Positions 1-12,400 of a stretch of DNA of 64,000 bases are shown here, in pieces. Within the stretch, counting starts at the first letter, position 1. Every line of letters starts with the position of its first letter. A program made the translations under genes and the position numbers. Source of the stretch: Tubulanus polymorphus (Eukaryota > Animalia > Nemertea); contig NC_134026.1 of the NCBI RefSeq assembly GCF_964204645.1, positions 26,508,150 through 26,572,149 on the forward strand. The letters run 5' to 3'. The notes beneath the pieces were generated by a model that saw only the letters and a list, made by a program, of their open reading frames with translations, ran no database searches and was not told where the DNA came from.

Positions 1-3000
1 GGTAACGTTCGATCGTAGTCCGGTGAATGTTGACGCTGAATTGTATTCGTCAGATCGCTGGTCGTACTGTAGTAAAACGAATCGAGCTCGTTGAACATTT
101 TCAAGATTTCCTACCCGAAAAAAAAAACAAACAAAACATTTAGAGAAAATATATTTGAATTCTTCTTGATTGAGCGATGCTCATTTTCAAGCCCCTATCT
201 TCACCTCGAGTACTCTTCGATCAAATTTCTCCTTTTCCTTGACTTCTTTCTGCAAAGGTATAAAAGACATTGCTCTATACAAGCAATTGGTTCCTTTGAA
301 ATATACCTAAGTGGATACAGACGCCAACAATCAACATCAGATGTATCGATTGTCAATTACCTTCTTTGGTTTGACATTTTCAGCAGCTGATTTAATTTGG
401 TTCCAGGTTTTCTGTAATGGCATTTTTGATCCATCTGGGGATTGCGTTATCTTCTCGGTCTTTCTCATGCCAAAGTGGTGTTTTTTGCATAGCTGTAAGT
501 AACCAGCGATACCAGGTAACTGCAGATACATCCTTTGAAATGTTCGAGGATATTTATACATAATTCTCTACTTTGATATTGTTCACCGAATAAATCAGAT
601 CTATTTGAAAAGAACCTTATATAAGAGGTGTAATAACTAGGGGAAAAGACTGATATGAAAATCGATTTATTCAATCAATCATGATTTGATTTTACTCCCA
701 ACGGATACAAAGCTTGAACGTGTGGCGTGTTCGTTGATGAAGAATATCTGGACCTCAAAACATATCAGATAGTTACTCGCTTGGTTCATTAACTTCAACG
801 TAAAATCGATTAAACGTTTGATGAATTCAAGAATCATTTGCCGAAGGACACAACACGAGATATGTTTCCTTTAATCGTATCCAGTCACGTGAATCTGAAA
901 GCTAGTTGTATTCATCACATGGAGTTACATCAACCCGATTGTCCAGTGACTGATGGTAAACCAACCATTTGGCAGTGTAAGATAAACTGCAGAAATTCTA
1001 TCGACTATCCATAAATCATACATTCGTCATTATTACACGCAAACATATCAGATCAAGATACACGCACAAGAAAACCTTGTAGTATATATATATATATATA
1101 CAGATGAAAGTGTGGTATCACAGTAGGTCTACCCCTCAGTAGATTTACAATTGGAAAAAGAAAACTATGTTATGCCTCCAAACCGAGATAATTTTTTTCA
1201 ATCAACTAACTGTAAATAGAGGTTTCGTTAGTCAGTTATTCTTCAATTTGTTAGTAGTTTAGGGAACGACCATTCAAGTTAAAAAGGCAAGGGTTTGATG
1301 TCCATCAGTTATTTTCATTCTACCAATTTATATGATCAATTTGAGATATTATGGCTGAATGAGAAAATGTTTCTGATGCGTTGCAGTAGTTTATAGCCAC
1401 AGGCGTTTTTGGCATGTGCCAAATTATTCCCACGGGTGCCTCATGGACCCAAAACATCGGACCAGGCCAAAGCCAAAATCTAGCACGGGTCAAATTATTG
1501 CGTGTGAATTGCGGAAGTGAGTCACTATCGAGTGACGTGTGAATGCGCTCTCTAATTAGGCACGGGCCTGATCCGGGCCAAATCATGTCTGTATAATCGC
1601 GACTTAGGCCTATATCATTGAAGTACTGTCCATGTCACCTGTTTGCTTTCATTACTACATAAGTATTTAAAATCTAAAACCAATCACAGCATCTCGTGAC
1701 ATATACGAGCCATATATCAACCACAGTGTAGTCATGGCAATCAGTGGAATCAGATAATTCTTATTCCGTGACGATGAGAAACAATTTTTATACTAAAATT
1801 ATTAAAAAAATCTTGGATTTTCTTCTTTTAGATAGATATTTCTAAGTAATTCCGTTTGATAGATTGAATTGTTGAAGAATGCTGGGGGTGGCTGTTGATA
1901 AACTAAGAATATACTCATGCCCATACATAGAACTAATTACCAGTATGTCAGAATTAATAAAAACCATGACCAAATATTCCACATCTGCCACTAAAGGATA
2001 GGATTGAAATCTATTGTCACTGCTGCGTTTTATCAATGACATTGACATTATAGACTACATTTCAAACCGAAATTCAAAATGGGTAAAAACGATGAAATTC
2101 TTGAATGAACGAGGCATCCATTAACCCAGTAGTCAAAATGAGCTCACAAAATGAAGCGCGGTATTTTCTGCATTAATGCCTGTCTTTCCTGAAACATGTA
2201 TGCGTGATCGATCAAGGGCTATTTACTGAGCGATGATTTCAACTTAAAATCTTGAAGAAAATCGTATTGTAAAATACCCGGCATGCTGTGTGGGTTGCTG
2301 GAGATAGACGTGTGGGAAGACATCAGATGATTATTATTCTCTTAGGCAGAAAGTACTGTGAACACTTAAATTAGTATCTATCCCCATAGGAAAACAGTTT
2401 GCACATGGTGCCCATGATTATACATGGTAAGAAAGTTCTGTATTCTACCATTGAAACAACTCATTTCAGGATCAAATAACTCAGTCTCCGATATTTGTGT
2501 GGAATTTCGTTAAACCTGAAATCAGCACAAACCAAACGATGCCGCTTGCAGCTAATTCACAATCAAAGGGAGCCAACAGCGCAGAATTAATTGATAATCA
2601 AATGTTAGAGATAATTTCCTATCAAATACCTAATGGAAACTCATTGAAGGGTACTGAATAAATAAAACAATGATTACATAGTTACTGAACCGCATGTAGG
2701 AATTCGAGTTTGAATGATTTAGTAGCGCACTGGAGACACATGACATATCTATCATATACTACTGCATTTACCTCTACCATTTACCAAGTAACCATCTACC
2801 AATACTTCAAACCAATACCTGGCATATAGTGATTCCACATTATAAACCGATGTCCTTTATCTTATATAATATATCATAATACATATATTTTCTATGATAT
2901 TAGTTAATTCAGTGTCAAACAATATAATGATATGGATGTATACCTGAATAACAACTACTTAAGCACTGTTAAGGAAAGAAAAACATATAATTGAGTATGG

Positions 3001-4887
3001 TTTCAGCTACAGACATAAATCTTACTCACATTTCAAAATGATACACTACTGATCTACCTTTAAGTGGTTTTCAAAAATGACGCTAGATTAATTTTTTGAT
3101 ATAAAGTAGATATTCAGCACTAGGTTGTTATTTCAATAATTCTGATACTTTTTGTTACATAAGAATGTGTTTTCAGTTAGTCTCTCTTTCACATGTAATT
3201 AGTTTCACTTACATCAACCTCCAGATCTAAAGCTTCATTTGTTGAAAGTGTCAGAACAGTAACTCTTTCAATTTTATAGATGGGATGTCCATTGGGAAGA
3301 TCTCCAATTCTCCTCTGTTGTCTTATCAAGATTAAACGCCAATCAGAATCTGCAACATACAGTAATGCAAATGCATAGGCGCCTACATCTAAACTGATTG
3401 TTTAAATGAGCCGAGCTACAAACAAATATTGAATCGTGAAAGTGAAAAAAAAAATCATTAGCAATGAATTTGTACACACGGAAACTGTATGAAAATCTAT
3501 ATAACCATAATATCCAATATTTCATAACAAGGACAGTTATTGATTTCTAGTATCAAATATCAACACATTGGGAGTACAAACTCTTTATTTGATTAATCTA
3601 TTTCACAAGTTTAATCAACCACTTGATTTGATTTCAAAACAAAGAAATAGTGAGGTACCATCAGGACAGATAACACATTTGGTAGCCCTGCGTTTTGAAG
3701 TTGAAAGTGCTGAGTGAGTTTGTTGTGAGCATATCAGCATTCAGCAATTGCTGTGAGGGTTAACAGCAATCAGATTTTATCACAAAAAGCATGTATCTAC
3801 TGAATACTGGTTTAATCAATTATATAAGTCATAAAGATGAGAGTTTGACTATTGTAATTGTGGTAACACATGCTAATTCCAGCATCTATACAATTCAATA
3901 CATTGAATTACAACATGTTTTCTGTACATCAGAAGCGCTATGCATGTACAACCTGGCGGTACATGTGTGGTGCTGCTGGTTCATTTGACGCATTAGTCAA
4001 ATGATTACTCCAATGTCTCATGAAATTGGAGTAATCATGATTACACTCTAAAAAATTGATCACACTTCCAAATCATTAAAACTTTTGGGGAACAGGCATT
4101 TCTTCTTACCAGCCAGTATCCTAAACTTCCCAACTACGCCATAAACAATTCCAAGACATACAGGATTCCATGCGGAACAAAGATCATTTGCTGAAAAAAG
4201 ACATTAAATTATGAAGCTTTTCATGAATCCTATAAGTAGATCACCTAAACTTCTGCTTCTAAACTTTTTATGTAATAAACTTGATTAAAAAAATGCTGTC
4301 TCTTCTATGATGCAACCCCATTCAATGAAGTCTTTTTGGCAATCCTTCAAAATGAGTGCAGAATGGATTAAAATCAATGTTTTAGTTCAACTGCCCATCC
4401 ATCCTATGAATACTTTGATCAGGTAGGCCCTGACTGTGCTAGGCCACCCAGACTTCCTCTCAAGTAAAAAGTTGAAAAAAAAAACAATTAGTCATAATGT
4501 GGTGAAATAATTTCATTGAAAAAAGGAAATAAACAGAATAAAAATAAAATGATGTAGTAGGCCCTAAATCAATAAATTCTTAGGAATGATCTCAACTTCT
4601 ATGAAAATGTAAGCTTGCTTATTCAATTAATCATTTTACTAGGTTTGACATGTCATCATTATAATGTTAGGAATGAAAGGGTTTTACACAGACTAGAGAA
4701 GTGCATACAGAGAGTCAAGAAGAGTTGGTTTTTTTAGGCTACTAAAAAAGCGGTCTGTCAAATTTCAAATGAAGATCTACAGTAATTTACCATTTCCTGG
4801 GAATATATCTCCATTCGATCTGTTACACCATAATGAGAAATCACCATCCTGTAGTATATAGTGATCTCTAGCTTCGTATAATTCCAT
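1..4887 (-). CDS. INPP5F: Phosphatidylinositide phosphatase SAC2 (INPP5F), 5' part; continues beyond window start
   Basis: Exons 4887-4791, 4190-4110, 3349-3213, 492-361, 249-205, 110-<1 joined by GT-AG introns with consistent phases give MELYEARDHYILQDGDFSLWCNRSNG..NDLCSAWNPVCLGIVYGVVGK..WRLILIRQ..LDLEVDLCKKHHFG..KEKEKFDRRVLEEILKMFNELDSFYYSTTSDLTNTIQRQ. This closely matches the remembered vertebrate SAC2 N-terminus (MELFQAKDHYILQ..AWNPICLG..LCKKHHFG..SFYYSLTYDLTNSVQRQ). Confidence 0.95.
1083..1100. repeat. (TA)9 microsatellite in INPP5F intron 3
   Basis: Read directly from the sequence. Confidence 0.9.
1395..1604 (-). mobile_element. Degenerate MITE, inverted copy of the 40890-41184 family
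   Basis: gcgctctctaattagg..gggcctgatccg..gtataatcgcgact and agccaaaatctagcacgggtcaaattattgcgtgtgaattg align with the reverse complement of the 40.9 kb element. It has internal deletions and decayed TIRs. Confidence 0.75.
4001..4038. repeat. Perfect 14-bp inverted repeat (hairpin) in INPP5F intron 2
   Basis: atgattactccaat-(10 nt)-attggagtaatcat; a small tttgac..gtcaaa stem lies immediately upstream. Confidence 0.8.
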
Positions 4888-5209
4888 ATTTAGAAGAAAA
4901 TGTAGCGGAAAGATGTCTAAGTTAGTTCACTTCCGTACTCTATGCCGCCATATTTGTTGTGATGGGTAGCTCCATCTTATTTACACTATTCAGCAAATAG
5001 AGGATAGCTCCGATATAATTCAAATCAGGGCATCCCAAGCGGTCCTAAAGTAATTAAAGGTTGTTTTCTATTTCTTCTTTTGATACTCATTTCCAAGTTT
5101 TCTTGAATTACTTGTTACCTATTCTCTTGTGTCTCAGTAACGTTGAATTTGTTTTACTGTTTTAGTTTTGACATTTCCATGCGATTCATAGTTCGTTCAC
5201 TTTTCCAAT
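4888..5209. promoter_or_regulatory. Probable bidirectional promoter of INPP5F and SorCS
   Basis: The two start codons diverge across 322 bp. The gap has an ETS-type ACTTCCG (4929-4935), CGGAA (4906-4910) and a YY1-type GCCGCCATATTT (4944-4955). Confidence 0.6.
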
Positions 5210-6436
5210 ATGGCTAGAACCAGGAAGTATTTTATGTTTTGGTCCATTTGGATGATATTTCTCTGCTTTCCAAGTGTTTTCAGTAGACTTGACATACGCA
5301 AAGATACCCAGTTCGATGGCCAACCACTACGGATCCGGAATATTAAAAATCTGGGAACTGTCTTCGAACGAATCCGCCGTAGTAACCCGAAAAATCGAGA
5401 TGAATGCCAGAAATCGAAAGCAAAAAATCTTGCCTCATTAAGTGTCATACTATATGACAGCAAAAGACACAACCAAGCGCTTGTTCAATGGGCTGCAGAT
5501 GATGTAAGATAAAATTTTTGATTTATTTTGCTGATTAGCTATTACTGCACTCAAGGATTTTACCTAAGTCTCACTCATGGTCTCACTTATCAGGATCTTT
5601 TAATTGAATTTTTTTCTGTTCTAAGGTTGTTATAGTTTTGACAATAAATGAAGATTTTTCTACAGGGAATGTTACAGAAAGTACACTCTGGAGGTAGATA
5701 AGTGACAATTTTAATCTTGAAGTTAGAATAGGCAGGACTCATTTTTTACAAATTTCAATATGTGCATTGAATCTTATTAGGTCAGCTAATTATGGAACTT
5801 CGTTTAGCCCTATTAATAACACTCCCAAAGATGCCATTCTGAAATATTTTATCACTAGTAAGAATCGGAACCGGGTAGGCTAATATTTCGTAACATTCAA
5901 TGAATTCTTATTACATTTTCTAAAGTTACAGCGCAAAAGTTTTCAAATTCGACTTCATTTTAGATCATTTTTGTTGATGTCCACAAAAAGCAACTATATA
6001 TAAGCATTGATGCGGGTGCTACGATGAAGCGTCAACAACTTCACTTTGTGCCTGATAATATCAAATTTCACCCGACTAAAGAAAACTGGCTACTGTCATA
6101 TTCAACCTTTGAACAGTCTGTACGTAACTTAGAAAGGATTGATAACTGTATTCATTCATGATCAAGCAAAAGAAGCTCATTTCATCTCCTACTTTCAGCT
6201 TTACCTTTCTACTGACCTTGGTGAAACCTGGAATTTAGTTCATGATAATGTTGGCCCAAGGTTTTATTGGTGAGTCATGATACATTCAAAAACAAGAGCT
6301 GCCAAATTAATACATTTATGATAGATACCGTAATTCAAACTTTTAATCATTTACAATAGGGCCATAATCGGCATTGACAAAGATATACGAACGATACACA
6401 TGCAGGTTTTGGATATCAAAACAGGTAACTTATGTA

Positions 6437-6477
<41 letters not shown>

Positions 6478-9400
6478 CTTTTGAAACCAACATGTGCAGA
6501 ACCTTGTACAGAAATTAATTAATCATGTATGAACAAAATGGGACAGAGCATTATAGAATTAGTGTAATTCACAAATGTGTACAACTGCACACCCAACCAC
6601 AGCTGAAGAGGTTGCAGACTGAAGAGCACCAAGACCGATTCTAAATTTGTATTTTCAGGTAAATTCCGATATAAAGCATGTATTGCTGAACCTGCCTGTA
6701 AAGATGTCACCATGGAAGACTATGTTGGCGATGAAGATGTCATGTCACTACATGTTGATGGAAAATACATATTTGTAGAAGTAAGTGAAAATATGAATCA
6801 GAATACCTTATGATTCGATTGAGTGATTTGTTTTGATAACCTTTTCATAAATCATTTTGACAGAAAACTGTCAGTGGAAAAACTGCATTGTTCGTATCAT
6901 ACAATAGACATGCATTTAAACAAGCCATGTTTGGACCAGATGTGAAACCACAGGTAACTTAAAGTATATTCATTGACATCTAAGTGTATTCGTTTATTCG
7001 TTCACATCATGAGGTTTTACCTTGTTTCTCAAGATGCTGAAGTTCAAAATAGTCCCACTCACCATATTTTAAAAATTCTTTTTTATAAAAACAAATGTAA
7101 AATTTGCTATAAGTGAAATTTGATCTGTCAAGGAGCCTATGAATTTTCTATTTGAAAAATAGATAGTTTTGCCGTAGTCATGTTATTTTCATAGTATTGT
7201 ATGCAAATGCAAATCCTAGACGCTTTTCAATTTCATTCTTTCAGGCTTATTCTCTGCTGACCACGGCTAAGGATCAAGTTTTCATCGCTGTACTTGAGAA
7301 ATGGACCGATGCATCTATTTATATTTCTGATAGAAGTGGACAATATTTCACCAAGTCACTGGACAATGTCCAGACCCTCTTCTCTAGTCTTGGCGCTGAG
7401 GTAGACTTTTATGAGGTTAGTAGGTATCTTATCATGATATAATCTACTACTTATTGTATTTTTCTAGTACTTCCAGTATAAGTGATAATCTGTTATTGTT
7501 TTAGGTTGATAGTATGGAAGGAGTTTTCATCGCTAATCATCGAAATAAAGACAGCATTCATTTCTACAGTGTCATTACATTCGATAATGGTGGCAATTGG
7601 ACTCGCATTCCAGTTCCTAAAGTTGATCATACAGGAAAACCAATAACTTGTGTAAGTGTCATGTCTGATATTAAAAACCAAAGATAACATGAATTAGGCT
7701 AAAAAAGCTATTTACCCTAATGGTTATTCTCATTCTGGTATTAGATTTTGATTTCGAATCATTCAAACCAATAGATTAATATCTATGATTTATTTCAGGA
7801 GGATTGTTCTTTGAACTTGCATCTTGAATACAGTACTTATGCTTACCGAATTCCCCGAATTATCTCGGAAAAAGAGGCACCAGGAATTATTTTAGCTAAT
7901 GGTAAATATTGAGTTTTCTATAAAATGTTGAAATATATGAATAATAAAAAAGATATGGATTCTACTCTGATTTTTAAAGGAATGATTGGTAAAAATTTGT
8001 CATCAGCAAGTGATTTATTCCTCTCAACAGATGGTGGATTGACATGGACAATGGTGGGGATACCTTTTCCGTTAAAACTCATATTTCAAAAGTATTTGAT
8101 ATCAATTTTATCTTTCACTTAACATTTCTTGCAGCAATTGAAAGGTAGTTACTACACAAAGATAGTTGACCAGGGTGGTGCGATAATTGCCATTAGTGAA
8201 AATCCATATGCAATAGTCCCCCAATGTTCCGTCATGTACGTATCATACCTCTGTATCCATCTGTTACTTTTTCGCAGACGCGCGTAATGAATAACAATTA
8301 TCATTCATTTAGGTATACCTGTGATGAAGGAAAGACATGGGAAAATCATACATTTTCAAAAAAACCAGTTATCGTGGATGGCATTCTCACAGAGCCAGGT
8401 TTAACATCACTTATAGTCACGTGAGTTTTTCTAGAAAGGTTACCAAAATATGTAATAAGTCGAATGGCAAAAGTAAATTTGTATTGCACTTTCAAAATAT
8501 TTTAGGGTTTATGGACATGAAAGCAGTTTAGCGGATTGGAATTTGATTAAACTAGATTTTAAATCATTGCTTACCAAAAAATGTGCTAATAGTGATTACA
8601 TCACTTGGTTTCCAAAAGATAAGGTACGATAACATTTGTGTCATTCTAAAGATAGATTGAACATTTTTTTTTTCCACTGATGTTCAGTTTTAATTAATTT
8701 TTAGGATGAAGATCCATGCATTCTTGGTTTAAACTACACATATGTTCGCAGAAAGCCTGATGCATATTGTTTCAATGGTCCTGATTATCAAACAAAAATC
8801 ACTAAGCAAAAATGTGACTGTACAGAAAGAGACTTCGAATGGTAAATACCATGAATTTCAAATACCATTAGTTAGTGGAGTCAAAATGTTCTGGCAATTA
8901 ATTCTATTTGTATTTTAGCGACTTTGGATATCGGAGTGTCGGAAACCAATGTCAATTGGAAACTTGGTTTCATCCAAACAAACCTGATATAAATTGTCCG
9001 GAGAATTCAAACTACACTAAAACCAATCATTTTGGGTAAGTTATCAGACAGTATTGAGAATGACAAGAATGCTACTATATTGGGAGAAGAATGATCCATT
9101 TTCTCGGGAATTTTAGGAAACGGAAAGTGGTGGCCGATCAGTGTGAACCAAATGATGCAACTGACAAGTACAAGCCAGATGAGAGACCATGTCCTATACT
9201 GAAACCTGATCAAATTAATGTTCTTACAAAGAAACTCGATCAAGTTATCTTCCGGACTAATGAAGTAGTAGAATTTTACATGACCCAGTTCTTGGTACGT
9301 ACATATTTGTGTAATTCAGCCAGCCAATATTGGCAAGAAACTATAAGTTGAATACTAAATTCATTACAATAGGGAAGTAAAGCCTCAACCAACTACACGT

Positions 9401-12400
9401 GGGATTTTGGAGATGGAACATCGCCTGTTGTCAAAATTGGTTTCCTGAAAGGGTCAACAGTTAACCATACATATATAAAAGGAGGTGACTTCTCAGTTAA
9501 GATGACAGCGAGTAATGAAGCTGGAAGTAATACTGCATGTATTAATGTTAATATATTTGGTAAGTTTTATTACGAAATTATATATTGGTAGAGATACATT
9601 GATGGTTATCAATACATAAACAATAGTATTCATTATAGTTTTCTTCAATTGTTGCTCAGGCAAACTTCGGTTCTCGTAGTAAGTCAACTGCAAACTAAGT
9701 GAAGCTGAATGTCAGTAAGTCCGGTCCAAAAATAGCAAACCGTGTGATGGGCAAGATCTAACTTAAGTGCATTCAATTATTAGTTCCGACCGCTAAATGA
9801 CTAACTACAAAAACTGAAGTTCGCCCGAGCTGCTTTCAGAATTTGGGTTCAATCATGTTTTAAAAATTGACACACGTCGTATAAGTTTTTTTGCGCCCTC
9901 TCTGTAATCTCGATGTGTTAAGCTGTAGATAATACAATTCATGAAGCTGTTACTGATTGCAAGCCATGTCAGCGCAAAATCAAAAATCATCGGTGTTGTA
10001 TTGTGACCTATGAAGCTTAGAATCGTTTGCTGTATCGTGAAAGGCAACCAACAAGTGAAAAACATCACTACAGTTACAGCAATAGTTTTGATTGCTTTGC
10101 CACCTCCAATTTTCACTGGTTTGCCTCCATGGCGTGTGATGATAGATATGTCATGTACATGTCGGCGAGTTATTTTGTGAATTTTGTAGTATGAAAAAAT
10201 AATCAATATCATACCCGGAATAATCTGTAATCCAAATGAGTAAAGTACTATGTGATAGTTCATCGGAAAGTTGAAATGGCTCGCAAATGTACTCGGTTTG
10301 TAATAGTATTCGCCAAATCCATAAAATGGTGTTGTAAGTATGAGTGCATTAACCAGCCAGTTGGCAGCATTAATCATCATACATCTACTAGCAGACATGA
10401 TTTCCAAATAATGAAATGGTCTGCTTAAAGCCATGTATCGGTCAAAGCTCACTGTGCCCAGGGTTAGAATAGAAACGGCACAAAATAACTGCGCAAAGAA
10501 TCCATGAACTTGAACGGACTGCGTAGATGCCGGATAAACTCCGCTGAGTGAGTACGGTAAACTAGTGGTCAAACATACAAAACCGACTCCCAAATCGGTC
10601 AATGCCAGATTTACGAGGAAACATCCTGTATTGTTGTGTAACTTCTTCGTCGAAATAAGCACTGCAAAATTGAATATTGTTCCCACTAGAATAAAGAGTG
10701 TGATGAAGAATATGATAATCATGCAGGGAACACATTTAGTGCAAGCTGGTTTTCCATATGTATTGCACATCAATCCTGTTGTATTTACAGTCATTGTTTC
10801 AACGTCTGTTATATCTCTAGACAAGATGCATACCTCATTGGTATTCCGTTTGACATTCAGATTTAAGCCACTATCAATCCAGTACTTAGCTGAAACTTTC
10901 GCTTCTTATTCACATATTTCTGAGCTAATTTAGTTTATTTGCTTCTGCAGTTGAATAATTAATCAAATTCTAATGCATAACTATTGCTTACTTTAGAGGT
11001 AATTGTGGGAACTCCCATGTGGTTCAAATTACTGTATTGATCATTACTATGTCCATTGAAATCTGGACAGAACATTTGATCGATAAGAAATACATGCCAC
11101 ACGATTTATCGAAAAATCATATGTCATATGGCTTTTTCGATCAATTCTATTACAGATATTGTTTGTGATGAATAATTAAGATTTAACTCTTCTGTCTTGC
11201 TAGATGCTATTCTCGAGTTGGATACAGATGTCCCACATGGTGTAGTTGCAAACAGATCATTTTTACTGTATTCAACTGCATTACCTGTGAACGGTAGTCA
11301 TGGTCATGTATTTTATGCTTGGACATTTGGAGATGAGGTAGGCAATTTATTTAAGACCACAGAAATCTGTATAAAAACATGTCTCATGCTATACTTGATG
11401 TCTCAATGAATACTGTAAATCTTAGAAAAAAAAGCCTCCCATGTTGACCTTCAAGACTTCAGTGGAACATACGTATCGTAAAGCTGGTACATATACAACA
11501 ACTGTAGAAGCTTTCAACACAGTTAGTCGATTCATAAGAAAATTTACAGTTCATGTTTACCGTAAGTCTAATACCGTTTTTTTCTCATTGATAAATTGAA
11601 AATTCCTACATATATTTTTTCAAACATTGGCAAAATCTTTTTCACTTACAGCAACTTCTGAAGACTTCCTTATCGTTCATCTTGGATTTGATAAACACCT
11701 CGATCTAATGAAAATTGACACAGAAGAATGGAGGCTATTTTTTGGGAATCTATTGAAGAACAAGTTGCTTGCTGCAAGTATTTTTGTTTTAATATACCTG
11801 TATATCCTTTGATATGTTGATATAGACATGCATGAAATGTTTATTTCTATCCCATTCAGACTCTGTCGATGTCAAAAGATTTGACTTTAGATGTGATAGT
11901 TAACAAAGGTATACCAACTACTGCAGATGTTGAAATCTATGCGAGTACAAGTCAAGCTGAAAAATCCTTCAAATTTCAAATTAAAGAGGTGTGTTATAAA
12001 TTAAGGGTATAATGATTTTCAAATTGACCATTCATAGGTAAGGACTTAATCTCATTGCTATATATTTTTCTTCGTGGACAGTTGGGTAATGCACTAGTAC
12101 GAAAAGTGAATACCAGTCACATGATGATTGATTTTGTAAATGGTTATGCTGTGCAGATACGAAATGCCAAAATCGATGGTATGAAAAGAAAAAATTTCAG
12201 AAATTTTAAGTGAAAAATTGCGATTAGTCTCACTCTCTCCAGCTAATTATTGTTTGTTTGCAGTTCCAGTTCCTAAACCAACTCCAGGACTACCACCCAG
12301 AGGATCCTCTGGGTATGCAGCTATCTATATCTGTGTTCCGATACTACTTGCAGCTATATTCGTCTCTGCTCTTGTTGTTATCCATTATAAAAGGTAATTA

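Noticed and set aside
10565-10933. 122-aa + strand ORF
   Set aside because: Antisense shadow of the GPCR with no independent features.
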